A stretch of 64,000 nt of DNA from Opitutaceae bacterium (GTDB lineage: Bacteria; Verrucomicrobiota; Verrucomicrobiia; Opitutales; Opitutaceae), in assembly GCA_017994935.1 (NCBI GenBank), contig JAGOJU010000016.1:3232-67231 (forward strand), written 5' to 3'. Position numbers and translations under genes: made by a program. The first letter of the stretch is position 1, and every line of letters begins with the position of its first letter. This document shows positions 30,736-40,144 of the stretch, one piece after another. The notes below the pieces were generated by a model. It worked only from the letters and a program-made list of their open reading frames with translations, did no database searches and was not told where the DNA came from.

Positions 30736-32750
30736 CGGACCAGGTAGACTTCCAGAAGCACGACTCCGGAGTGCCCTGTCGGACCGGTGATCACGGCGGT
30801 GTAGCCGCCGGGCTCCAGCGTGGTGAGTATGACGGCGTCCTTGCTCGAGGGATCGGGCAGGGCAAACGCGCCGACGCTGAGGAATGCCTCGCCCAAGGCC
30901 GTTGAACCGCCCCAGTTGTCGTTCTCGGCGACAATTGTGCCCTTCGTCGAACGGAGCGAGAGTCTCGGGTCCTGAAAGAAATCGGTGATGCTCAGATTGC
31001 CGAGACCCGGGCCGATGGCCCGCACGAGGACGGTGCGGCTGGTCGTTCCGGTCAAGGTGAACCCGCCGATCAGGGTGTCATTGGCCCGGACCTTTGTGCG
31101 CGCCGAGAGATTGACGAGGCTTCCCACGGAGTTGGGCCCCTCGTAAAGTTCGATGAGCGCCATTCCGCTCGTGTCGCCCAGTCCATTGATATGAAGCGTA
31201 TTGCCGCCGGTGATGAACGGGCTGGTGAGCACGGCATCCTTGCTGCCTGCTGGCAGCGGAAATCCTCCCACCGCGCTCCCGTCGAATTCAGTCCAGTCGT
31301 TGTTTGCCCCGAGGAGGTTGGCCGTCGTGCCGGGAGCGGGGACATTGAAGAGTTTGATTTCCGGATCCAGAAGGACATTGGAAACGCCAAAGCTGGCGAG
31401 CGTCGGTCCGATGCCGCGCATCACGAGGTTCACTGTGCCACCCTCGGCGGCGAATCCCGCGATCAGGGTATCCTCTCCATTCCCCGCGAACGAACGCACG
31501 GAGAGGTTGCTGAGCCGGCTCTTGGCGGCACTGTCGCCGATGATGGTCAGGCCGGCGATGGCGCTGGTGACGGTCCCCACGGTGTTGCTGACCACCACGG
31601 AATAGTTGCCGGCATCCCCCTGGTCGACGCCACGGATGAAGAGCACGGGAGAGGTGGCGCCGCTGATGGGAAGACCGTTGTGCTGCCACTGGTAGGAGAG
31701 AGCCGCGCCGACGGCCTCGACATCGAATATGACGGCGTCGCCGAAAGCGATGACCTGGCTTCGAGGCGGACGGGCGATGGAAAGTTCGGAATTCGTTTCC
31801 ACCTCGAATTCGGCAGTGACGGTGTCCCCTGCCACCTCGGATGCGGTGACCCTGACCATGGTCGTGCCATTGACGACACCCGGCTGGAGGTTGAGCGTGG
31901 ACCCGGTGATTGAAACCTGCGCCACCTCTGGATTCGTGGATTGGGCCGCGAATCTGAGGACGCTCGTTTCGGTACCGGTGGAATAGAGGGGAACCTCGGT
32001 GATCGAACGGATGATGATGAGGTTCTTGTCCGTCAGGATATTCGGCACCTTGTCACGAAGGGGAATGGTCTGGAACGCGGTCGTATTTGCAGAGCCATCC
32101 ACCATGTTGTAGACCGGAAGCAGTCCCACCTGTTTGAGGGCGATGCCGCCGCTGCCCACAACCCTCCCGTAGACGGTGTATCGCAGGTCCTGGTTCGTGG
32201 TGCTCTGGCCCGGGAAGTAGGTGCTGGTGTTGTCGACCAGGTTGAAAAAGAACTGGGAGGTTGCGGAATTGGGATCACTGGTTCGCGCTGCTGCGAGCGT
32301 GTAAAGCTCATGGGTCAGCGTGCCCTCCAATCCAATGGGATCGTAGTGCTCGACGGCGGTGGAGTAGGGTAGCCTGAAGCCGCCGGATTGGGCGATGGAG
32401 GCGACGGTTGACGTGTTGCCTCCGGCGGTCCGGTGGAAAAAGAGGTTGGTGTAGCGTCCGGCGTGAACGTATTGGAGGAAATTCTCGACGTGCTTGGGTG
32501 CCTTCGCGCCGCGAAGGATCACATTGAAGCTGCCGTAGACCGTGTCGAACTGGACAAATTTGTCGCCGGTCTCGTTCTGGATGGCGAAATGGTTCCGGAG
32601 GTCGAGGGGCACTGAAACGCCCCCGGGTGGCACGACCTGTTTGGAGATGACCGCCGTGGTTTTCGGGCGGGCGATCGTGTCTGTTTGGGCGCTCAGTGAA
32701 GCAGCACAGGAAAGCGCGAGGATGAGAGCGAGTCGGCTCAGCAATGACAT
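30732..32750 (-). CDS. Secreted multidomain protein: cyclophilin-type PPIase + Ig-like domains + two tandem ~125-aa C-terminal repeats
   Basis: Signal peptide MSLLSRLALILALSCAASLSA. Cyclophilin blocks (VENFLQYV..., SATSQFFFNL, VYGRVV). Ig I-set-like YQWQHNGLPISGATSPVLFIRGVDQGDAGNYSVVVSN. Repeats at aa 411-537 and aa 544-672 (NLS.R ... LI.GF ... GP.L ... DP.L.L ... ND.W). Confidence 0.8.
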   Translation of the reverse strand: MSLLSRLALILALSCAASLSAQTDTIARPKTTAVISKQVVPPGGVSVPLDLRNHFAIQNETGDKFVQFDTVYGSFNVILRGAKAPKHVENFLQYVHAGRYTNLFFHRTAGGNTSTVASIAQSGGFRLPYSTAVEHYDPIGLEGTLTHELYTLAAARTSDPNSATSQFFFNLVDNTSTYFPGQSTTNQDLRYTVYGRVVGSGGIALKQVGLLPVYNMVDGSANTTAFQTIPLRDKVPNILTDKNLIIIRSITEVPLYSTGTETSVLRFAAQSTNPEVAQVSITGSTLNLQPGVVNGTTMVRVTASEVAGDTVTAEFEVETNSELSIARPPRSQVIAFGDAVIFDVEAVGAALSYQWQHNGLPISGATSPVLFIRGVDQGDAGNYSVVVSNTVGTVTSAIAGLTIIGDSAAKSRLSNLSVRSFAGNGEDTLIAGFAAEGGTVNLVMRGIGPTLASFGVSNVLLDPEIKLFNVPAPGTTANLLGANNDWTEFDGSAVGGFPLPAGSKDAVLTSPFITGGNTLHINGLGDTSGMALIELYEGPNSVGSLVNLSARTKVRANDTLIGGFTLTGTTSRTVLVRAIGPGLGNLSITDFFQDPRLSLRSTKGTIVAENDNWGGSTALGEAFLSVGAFALPDPSSKDAVILTTLEPGGYTAVITGPTGHSGVVLLEVYLVR

Positions 32751-32765
32751 GACGGAAGGTACGGT

Positions 32766-35700
32766 TTAGAATTCTCGCTTCAGGGACAGGTAGTAGCTGG
32801 CGCGTCGCAATTCACCGTTGCCGCTCAGGAAAAGGTCCGCCGGAGCGGAGGCATCAAAGAGAGGATCGGCACCAAACATGTTGCGGACGCCGAACAGAAG
32901 TTCGGTCTTGTCGAGGAACCTCATGACTCCGCGGGACTGGGTGGAAAAACGGTAGCGGACAAAGGCGTCGTGGTAGGTCCGTGCGGACATCGCCAGGTAG
33001 TTGATGTCAGGCATCTGGGTTGGTGTGATGGACGAGGATTCCAGGCCCTTGTAACGGCTGTGATACCTGACCGACCAGCCCGCACCCACCGGTCCCCTGG
33101 CCCAAACGAGGGAAACGCTCGCCTTGTCGCGGAACGGACCGGAGTAGAGCGGCGAGTTCACGAGATCGGCAAACGGCCCGCCCGGCACGAGCTGCTGCTC
33201 GTACCTTGAGTTCAGCGTGTACATGGCCGAGAGATCAAACGTGCCGATGCCGGTCACATCCTTCTTGTAACCGATCGTGAGGTCCCACGCCTTGAGGTTC
33301 GCTGCGTAGAGTGCGATGGCGGAGGCGTCGATCTTTGTGATTTTTCCGGCGGAAAACTCGTCGCCCTCAGCGACCGCTTCGCGGAAGATGCGCCCGGGGA
33401 TCACGTCCTCGTAGGCAAGCAAGGTGCTTGTGGCAAGGATGTCGACTGCGTCCTCGCGTCGCGAATCCGTCAGATCGACTGAGATCCTGAAGCCCGGGAC
33501 CGCTTCGGGGGTGTAGACGACGCCGGCCGAGAGCGTGTCGGAGTGTTCAGGATTCACCTCCGAGTTGCCGCCGGAGGTGATGCTGGTGTCATACGTGGAG
33601 TTGCCGCGCTTCGGATCGGTGATGCTGCCGGTGGCGGTCAGTTGGGGGAGGAGCAGGTAGTCCGCGGTGGGGAGGTATCCGGTGGAGTAGGACGCGCGCA
33701 GCATCAGGTCCTGCACCGGCTTGTAGCGCACGCTGACGACCGGGTTCATGGACGCATAGTTGCTCTTGGCCTTCTCCAGTTCGAGTTTGGCAGCGAGGTC
33801 GGTGACGGATTGGGATCCATTGGTCTTGAGAACGGTGGAGTCGACCCTCTGCTTGTCGCGGCTTGCTGAAGCCACAATCTCGAGCAGCCGGAGGCCGGGC
33901 AGGTTTCTCTGTTCCTCAAAGACTGGAATCGTGAGTTCGCCGAAGACGTCGAAGGAGGAAACGGTCGTGGGCAGGATTCCGGACTGCGTGGTTCCGTCAT
34001 GAATCCGGAATGTGTCGCGAATCACCTTTCGTGCCTTGTAGCCCCCACTGAGTTCGGGTGTGATGGAAAAGACGGTCGGCAGCCTGCCTTCGATCCTGGC
34101 GGTGGAAGCCAGCTGCTCGACATTGCCGCGACCGGTGCGGGCCTGGATGTGATCTGCAAGCAGGTCCGAATTGATGATCGAGGTATCGAAGACATTGATC
34201 GTGCCGTTGTTGATGGCGGTCTGGAAGGCGGCGCTGCTGGCGGACTCGGAGATGTCAACCGAACGATGCATGCCGTAGGAATACTCGAGTCTCGCCTTCC
34301 AGTCCTGGGGAAGGCTGAACAGCGCACCCAGCGTGGCGGACTGGTGCTCGCGCGTGCTTTTGTTCGAGCCGGTGGGTGCATACGGAAAACGCACGCGCAC
34401 CTCCTGTCCAAACGGATTTGTCGGGACGCCGACGGGAACCGTCACGTATTGATTCGAACTCAGGATTCCCATCGCCTGGTTGCGCGTGCTCCGTTCATAG
34501 GAAAGATCGAGGTACGCCTCGGCGTAGGAGGTCATGGCATGCCGCACCTCGGTCCGGACATACTGGGTGCTGGGGCGACGGTTGAGCAGCAGACGTCGGC
34601 CGAGGTAGGCCTGGGCCGTGTCGGGGGATTCGGGGTCAATCTTGCCCGCGTTGTCGATGATCGGCTGGGGCCCGTCCTGTTCGAGTCCGTGGAAGTTCGC
34701 CGGCATGAACACAAACGGGGCGCCGAGGGTGTCTCCCGTCTTGAGCACGAGATTGGATCCGTCGGTGGTGTCGACGCGGGGAGTGGTGCCGAACAGGATC
34801 TCCGTTCCGTTGAGCAGGCCGGGTGTGCCGGTTGTGGCGCGGGTGGCGTAGTCGCGAACCAGGTCGTAGCGGTCCTCAACGGCGAGCGAATTTGAGTTGG
34901 TCGCTCCCGCAAAGACCATCAGGCGGGTCCGGTTGTCATTGAAGGAGGTTCCGAAGCGGAGTTCGGCCTTCTTGTTGGCGCTGTCGGTGTCGAACGAGTT
35001 TTCATAGCCGAGGGTGATTTCGCCCCCGGAGTAATCGCGCCTGGTCACGACATTGATGGCGCCCCCGATCGATCCGCCGCCGGCGGCGACTGCTGCTGAC
35101 TGGGGGATGACCTCGATGCGTTGGATCGAACTCAGCGGCAGGAGCGCGAGGCGCGAGGTCCGGTAGTTCATTCCGGGCATCGTGTCGGGCACGTTGGCAA
35201 CGTCCGGCTGTTCGCGTCCGTTGATCAGAAATTTGGTGTAACGGTTGCCCATGCCTCGCATGCCGACATCTCCGCCGAGATTGGATCCGTTTGATGCGGA
35301 AAGGCGCTCGGCCAGGAAATCGCCTACCGTGAGGGCGCCGGATTGTTCAACGGTCCTGCCTTCAAAGACGACATAGGGTGTCGCCTCGTCTGGGGTTCTC
35401 GGGCGATCGATGCTGGAATCCGCGACCGGCAGGGAAGGTGGCGGAGGAGGTGGAAGCTCGGGTGGAAGATCGGTGACTCTTATTATCGGCTTTTTAGCCT
35501 CTGCCTCCGCGCGGGCCACCATCTGGGGCGACATGATCTGGTAGCTGCGGGTGCGGACCGGATGGCGCTGCACGGCGTAGGGCGTGCCCTTGAGGATGGC
35601 TGCCAAAGCCTGCTCGGTGGTGAGCTTGCCGGAAACCTTTGGAGCCTGCAGCCCCTTGAGTTCGTCGTAGGAAAACAGGATCTCCACTTCGCCCTGGCGC

Positions 35701-35924
35701 GCGAGGATCATGAGCGCCAGCGGCATGGGCTGAGGCGCGACATTGAACGGGACAGTCTTCGCCTTCGCGGCCTGCAGGGCCGTCGCTGAGGAGAGGAGCA
35801 GACATGCCGCACTGGCGATGACCCGGGCAAACCTGGATGAGAAGGCGAGGAAGTGTCCTGGGAGTCGGCAATCTGCCGGCGAGGAACCGTTCGCGCTCGG
35901 GCTGGGCAAGGTACGGAAAGTCAT
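32766..35924 (-). CDS. TonB-dependent receptor with N-terminal STN (secretin/TonB short N-terminal) signalling-type domain
   Basis: Signal peptide. STN-like segment (FNVAPQPMPLALMILARQGEVEILFSYDELKGLQAPKVSGKLTTEQALAAILKGTPY). Pro-rich linker PPELPPPPPPSLP. Plug and barrel. C-terminal YYLSLKREF. Confidence 0.85.
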   Translation of the reverse strand: MTFRTLPSPSANGSSPADCRLPGHFLAFSSRFARVIASAACLLLSSATALQAAKAKTVPFNVAPQPMPLALMILARQGEVEILFSYDELKGLQAPKVSGKLTTEQALAAILKGTPYAVQRHPVRTRSYQIMSPQMVARAEAEAKKPIIRVTDLPPELPPPPPPSLPVADSSIDRPRTPDEATPYVVFEGRTVEQSGALTVGDFLAERLSASNGSNLGGDVGMRGMGNRYTKFLINGREQPDVANVPDTMPGMNYRTSRLALLPLSSIQRIEVIPQSAAVAAGGGSIGGAINVVTRRDYSGGEITLGYENSFDTDSANKKAELRFGTSFNDNRTRLMVFAGATNSNSLAVEDRYDLVRDYATRATTGTPGLLNGTEILFGTTPRVDTTDGSNLVLKTGDTLGAPFVFMPANFHGLEQDGPQPIIDNAGKIDPESPDTAQAYLGRRLLLNRRPSTQYVRTEVRHAMTSYAEAYLDLSYERSTRNQAMGILSSNQYVTVPVGVPTNPFGQEVRVRFPYAPTGSNKSTREHQSATLGALFSLPQDWKARLEYSYGMHRSVDISESASSAAFQTAINNGTINVFDTSIINSDLLADHIQARTGRGNVEQLASTARIEGRLPTVFSITPELSGGYKARKVIRDTFRIHDGTTQSGILPTTVSSFDVFGELTIPVFEEQRNLPGLRLLEIVASASRDKQRVDSTVLKTNGSQSVTDLAAKLELEKAKSNYASMNPVVSVRYKPVQDLMLRASYSTGYLPTADYLLLPQLTATGSITDPKRGNSTYDTSITSGGNSEVNPEHSDTLSAGVVYTPEAVPGFRISVDLTDSRREDAVDILATSTLLAYEDVIPGRIFREAVAEGDEFSAGKITKIDASAIALYAANLKAWDLTIGYKKDVTGIGTFDLSAMYTLNSRYEQQLVPGGPFADLVNSPLYSGPFRDKASVSLVWARGPVGAGWSVRYHSRYKGLESSSITPTQMPDINYLAMSARTYHDAFVRYRFSTQSRGVMRFLDKTELLFGVRNMFGADPLFDASAPADLFLSGNGELRRASYYLSLKREF

Positions 35925-36559
35925 TTAGCGAAGCGTGGGAACATGATGGGCTCCCCCCTGCGCGGGAAGAGGAAATCGCGCGATGCAGGAAGTGGGCACC
36001 TCCCAAGACTCCGGATCACGTGCTTTGTTTCAGTCATGGAAGGGACAATCCTCACAAAGGCGTGAGCCTGTGTGAAGCACGAATATCCGGCGCCCGTCTG
36101 CCTGATCGCGGAGGCAGGAGACGGTGTTTGTGTACAATCAACGCATTCTTCTCCAATAGGATGCGTACTACAAAGGATAGGGAATTCAGCGGAGCCTGTC
36201 GGGAAAGAGGTGGGGCTGGCTGATCGGGCATCGCAGGACTTCCCTGATGCGCGCAATTCACTACCGCCGATCCCTTGCAGGCAGGATGTCCGCCTTGTGA
36301 CTGCCTTCGTGTCGGGCGCGGGTACAGGGCTGACCTTGTTCGAAAATGACCACCGGGCGAGGTCAGGGAGACAAGGCCGCGAAACGATCGTGGGTACCGT
36401 AGAATCACGCACGCATTGGATTTCCCGATGCGTGGGATGACTTAGGGGACGTTTCTCCGAAACATGGGTGAACCGGTCCATGGCGTCCGCGTTCCAAACA
36501 GGATAGAGTGTGGGCATCGAAACGCCCGCGATCCCTCAAACCTTCAATCCCTTCGTCCC

Positions 36560-36802
36560 ATGCTCTCCATCGCCCTCCTGGCAATCGCCCTCTTCGCCCT
36601 CAGCAGCCTCGTGGTGGTGATCGCCGCAAGGCGCGCGCCGGTGGGTTATCAAGACTCGGAAGGATTTTCCTTTGGAGTTGAGCATGCCGACACAAGGTGT
36701 GGGCGTGCGAAACGTAATCATCATGCCCGGCACGTGGAGGTATGCGCTCCGGCGGGCTCCCGTTCCGCCAACAGGTCGCGTGAAATGACTTTGGTTATGT
36801 GA
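36560..36802 (+). CDS. Small single-pass membrane protein, 80 aa, hypothetical
   Basis: ATG 36560 gives MLSIALLAIALFALSSLVVVIAARRAPVGYQDSEGFSFG... A strong intrinsic terminator begins 24 nt after the stop. Confidence 0.45.
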   Translation: MLSIALLAIALFALSSLVVVIAARRAPVGYQDSEGFSFGVEHADTRCGRAKRNHHARHVEVCAPAGSRSANRSREMTLVM

Positions 36803-36825
36803 ACTGTGTTCCCAGGGTGTCTGCG

Positions 36826-36853
36826 AACCCGGCGGCAACGCCGGGTTTTTTTT
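36826..36853 (+). terminator. Rho-independent terminator
   Basis: Stem aacccggcg (36826-36834) / cgccgggtt (36839-36847), loop gcaa, T8 run 36846-36853. Confidence 0.8.
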
Positions 36854-36945
36854 GCGGGCGCTTCCGGCGGGGTGAGATTGCGGGGCTCTGTTCCCACGCC
36901 CTGCGCCTTTCCCCCGGGGCGCTCCGGGGCGGAACTGGACGCGTA

Positions 36946-38379
36946 TCAGACTCCTGGATAATCGTAGCCTTTTCGGTAGTCGCGACGGAGGAGCCTGTTG
37001 GCATCCGCGTCGCCGACAATCTGCTCGCGGGCTCCGTCCCACTGCAGGCTGCGTCCGAGCTTCATTGAGATCATGGGGAGGAGTGACAGATTGGTTGAGA
37101 AATGGAGGTCCTCGATATCGCAGGCGGGCCTGGTTCCAGTCCGGATGGCTTTCAGAAGGTCGGCCCAGAGTTCGCGGATATTGTGGAAATCAGGCGCGTT
37201 CATCTGGGCCTTCTCCGTGATGGGAGCGTCCTTTGAGTTGACCGGATAGAACGTCCAGCCCTCGCGCCAACCAAGATGCAGAATACCCTTCGTTCCGAAG
37301 AAGTAGCAGCCGATGGCCTCGCCCTTGCTGACATTGTTGCCGGCGAAGCGACGGTGTTCCCACTGGACGTCGAAGCGGCCGAAACGATACGTGGCGAGTT
37401 GGTGGTCGGGCGCGTTGCTTGTCTGTTCGTTTGCGGTGAAAACAGGGTCGCCCGCGATCGGGCGCCCGCCGGTGGAGTAGATGTGACTGGGATATTTTTC
37501 TCCGGTGATCCAGAGCACCTGGTCGAACCAGTGCACACCCCAGTCGGCAATCGTGCCGTTGGCGTACTCCAGATAGTTTCGAAAACCTCGGGGATGTATT
37601 CCCCGGATGCCATTGCCTTCCCGGGGATTTCGAGGGTCGCCTCCATTGAACGGGCGTAGGGGTGCGGGGCCGCACCACACGTCCCAATCGAGTTCCCTGG
37701 GTACATCCACGTTGGGAAGGGCGGTCTCCCGGCCTCCACCCTGCGCGACAAAGCAGCGGACCATTCCGATTTCGCCGGCCTTGCCGGAACGGATGAATTC
37801 ACGCGCGCTGATGTTGTGCGGTGAGACGCGACGATGGGTCCCGACCTGCACAATCCGATTGGCGGCGCGCGCGGCGTTCACCATGGCGCGTCCCTCCATG
37901 ACGGTGTGGCCGATGGGTTTTTCGACAAACACATGGGCGCCCGCCCGTACGGCGGCGATCATGGGCAGTGCGTGCCAGTGGTCCGGTGTGGCGACGATGG
38001 CGATGTCGACCCTGCTGCTGTCGAGAAGTTCGCGATAGTCCCTGAAAGTTTTCGGCGTCTCTCCCGTACCGTCGGCAACGTGCTTCAGGGTGAGTTCCAA
38101 CTGGCGGGCATCGACGTCGCACAGCCCGACGATCTCGCAGGCGCCGCTTGCCATCGCTTCGTGCAGGATGTTGTTGCCCCACCAACCGCACCCGATCAGC
38201 ACGGTTCGGAATTTCCTTCCGCCGGGCGATTCGGCGGATCTCAGGACCCGCGGCAGGGAGGCGATGGCGGTGGCGGCTGCGGAGGATTTCAGGAAATGGC
38301 GCCGGTGCATGGGAATGATCGGTGAAGGAGGAGAAGGGTTGCGGTGGGGTTGCGAAGACATGGGGAAGGAATCGGACAA
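36946..38379 (-). CDS. Tat-exported Gfo/Idh/MocA family oxidoreductase
   Basis: Twin-arginine signal MHRRHFLKSSAAATAIASLP. Rossmann VLIGCGWWGNN. EKP motif (VFVEKPIGH). Start is one of TTG 38379, ATG 38361 or ATG 38310. Confidence 0.85.
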   Translation of the reverse strand: MSDSFPMSSQPHRNPSPPSPIIPMHRRHFLKSSAAATAIASLPRVLRSAESPGGRKFRTVLIGCGWWGNNILHEAMASGACEIVGLCDVDARQLELTLKHVADGTGETPKTFRDYRELLDSSRVDIAIVATPDHWHALPMIAAVRAGAHVFVEKPIGHTVMEGRAMVNAARAANRIVQVGTHRRVSPHNISAREFIRSGKAGEIGMVRCFVAQGGGRETALPNVDVPRELDWDVWCGPAPLRPFNGGDPRNPREGNGIRGIHPRGFRNYLEYANGTIADWGVHWFDQVLWITGEKYPSHIYSTGGRPIAGDPVFTANEQTSNAPDHQLATYRFGRFDVQWEHRRFAGNNVSKGEAIGCYFFGTKGILHLGWREGWTFYPVNSKDAPITEKAQMNAPDFHNIRELWADLLKAIRTGTRPACDIEDLHFSTNLSLLPMISMKLGRSLQWDGAREQIVGDADANRLLRRDYRKGYDYPGV

Positions 38380-38472
38380 TGATGGATGCTGGCGTGGCTG
38401 ACGATACGGGAAATGGGGCGGGTGTCCGCGGCGGAGGCGAGGCCCGTTTACCTGAGCAGGGCGACGGAAATC

Positions 38473-39243
38473 CTACCGCTCAGGATCCACGGGAAGAAAA
38501 CCGAAGCGGGTGAACACGGCGCGGGCGTCGACCCCGGTGAGATAGGTGATCCAAGCCCTGGCAGCCACGGGCTGTTTCGACGAGCGCAGGAGAGCCACAG
38601 GATAGATGATTCGCGGGCCTTCCGCCCGGGGGATTTCGAACGCGATTTTTACTGCCTTCGAGATGCGTGCATCGGTCTTGTAAACGATCCCCGCCTCCGC
38701 GTTGCCCGCGGCAACCGCGGCAAGTGCCGTGCGCACGTTTTCGGTGGGGATGATTTTATGGCGGAGATCCTTCCAGAGACCGGCCTTCTCAAGGAATTCC
38801 TTGGCGTAGATGCCGGCCGGGACGGTTTGAGGTTCAGCGAGCGCGAGACGGCGCACGGATTTTCCGAGAAGATCCCCTGGGCCTGCAAACGATTCGCCTG
38901 CATTGACGGGAATGATGATGACAAGCGAGTTGGATAACAGGGGAAGGCGCACTGCGGGATCGATCAATCCCGCCCTGACAAGCTCTTCCATTTTTGCTTC
39001 ATCCGCCGGGAAGAAGACATCCGCAGGGGCACCCTCCCGGATCTGGCGGGCGAGTGTGCTGGAGGCGCCGAAGTTGAACCGAATCGTGTCGCCAGACAGG
39101 GACTCATACCTTGTGGCGATGGCGGCGAGCGCATCGGAGAGGCTCGCTGCGGCGAAGACCGTGATCTCGGCCGCTCCGGCTGCGGCCAAGGGCAGGTGCA
39201 GTGCTGCGAGAAGACGCAGGAGCGATCGATACGGTGGGCTCAT
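38473..39243 (-). CDS. modA: Molybdate ABC transporter substrate-binding protein
   Basis: Signal peptide followed by [13 protein letters not shown]...[22 protein letters not shown], typical of ModA. No modB or modC adjacent. Confidence 0.8.
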   Translation of the reverse strand: MSPPYRSLLRLLAALHLPLAAAGAAEITVFAAASLSDALAAIATRYESLSGDTIRFNFGASSTLARQIREGAPADVFFPADEAKMEELVRAGLIDPAVRLPLLSNSLVIIIPVNAGESFAGPGDLLGKSVRRLALAEPQTVPAGIYAKEFLEKAGLWKDLRHKIIPTENVRTALAAVAAGNAEAGIVYKTDARISKAVKIAFEIPRAEGPRIIYPVALLRSSKQPVAARAWITYLTGVDARAVFTRFGFLPVDPER

Positions 39244-39316
39244 CGAAGCTGCTTATTCTGGCAGACATCGCCTCCAGTTCAAGAGCATGGGTTTGGGACA
39301 GGGGAAAGCGGCCGGG

Positions 39317-40126
39317 ATGTGTCGCGGATTGACCCCGGTTCGGACAAGCCCTATGCCTCGACCGATCACAGTGATGAAGATTGACCCGGTAAGAGGCGTG
39401 CTGGAATTGCCGGAGGGGCACAAGAAGGTGCTGCTCCATTCCTGTTGCGCGCCCTGTTCGGGCGAAGTGATGGAGGCGATTCACGCGGCGGGCATCGAGT
39501 ATACGATTTTTTTCTACAATCCGAACATCCACCCCCGGGAGGAATACGAACTGCGCAAGTCCGAGAACATCCGGTTTGCCGAGAAGCACGGGGTGCCTTT
39601 CGTCGATGCGGACTATGACACGGAAAACTGGTTTGTGCGGGCGAAGGGCCTCGAGTGGGAGCCGGAACGCGGCGCCCGCTGCACAATGTGTTTCGACATG
39701 AGGTTTGAACGCACTGCGCTCCATGCCTACGAACATGGCTTTCATGTCATCACCAGCTGTCTTGGGATTTCCCGCTGGAAGAACATGGAGCAGATCAATG
39801 AGTGCGGGGAGCGCGCCGCCTCGCGGTACCCGGGAATGTCCTACTGGACCTACAACTGGAGAAAAAAGGGCGGCGCTGCCCGCATGATCGAAATCTCAAA
39901 GCGGGAAAACTTCTACCAGCAGGAGTATTGCGGCTGCATCTATTCGCTGCGCGACACGAACAAATGGAGGCTCGCGAGCGGACGTGAAAAGGTCGTGAGG
40001 GGTGTCAAGTTCTACGGGATGGAAAATTCGTCGGCCGATGGCGCTCCTCCAAAGGAGGGCAACTCGAAACGCAGGCCCGGCGACGGCACTCCGGGCGGCG
40101 GTACCGCAGACTTCCATCAGACGTAA
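39317..40126 (+). CDS. queH: Epoxyqueuosine reductase QueH (DUF208)
   Basis: [27 protein letters not shown] cysteine motifs. In-frame ATGs at 39317, 39353 and 39374; 39317 has a purine-rich stretch upstream. The ORF-track start 38903 is an antisense-of-modA artefact. Confidence 0.85.
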   Translation: MCRGLTPVRTSPMPRPITVMKIDPVRGVLELPEGHKKVLLHSCCAPCSGEVMEAIHAAGIEYTIFFYNPNIHPREEYELRKSENIRFAEKHGVPFVDADYDTENWFVRAKGLEWEPERGARCTMCFDMRFERTALHAYEHGFHVITSCLGISRWKNMEQINECGERAASRYPGMSYWTYNWRKKGGAARMIEISKRENFYQQEYCGCIYSLRDTNKWRLASGREKVVRGVKFYGMENSSADGAPPKEGNSKRRPGDGTPGGGTADFHQT

Positions 40127-40144
40127 CCGGACCGCAGGGAGGAC

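Noticed and set aside
35921-36517. 198-aa ORF whose TGA overlaps the ATG of the STN-type TonB receptor (ATGA), tempting as a coupled upstream gene or FecR remnant
   Set aside because: The composition is rich in Cys, Ser, Thr, Arg and Pro. It has no TM segment and no anti-sigma motifs, local GC is lower, and alternative frames are equally open. I treat it as non-coding and report it under the leader finding.
38473-39243. Orphan modA as a sign of an unusual molybdate/tungstate system
   Set aside because: Stand-alone substrate-binding genes are common, and modBC may be elsewhere in the genome. Nothing in the sequence itself is unusual.
38903-39316. N-terminal 138-codon extension of the queH ORF given by the ORF track
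   Set aside because: The extension runs antisense through modA and is Ala/Ser/Arg-rich. QueH homology begins only around MKIDPV...[10 protein letters not shown].
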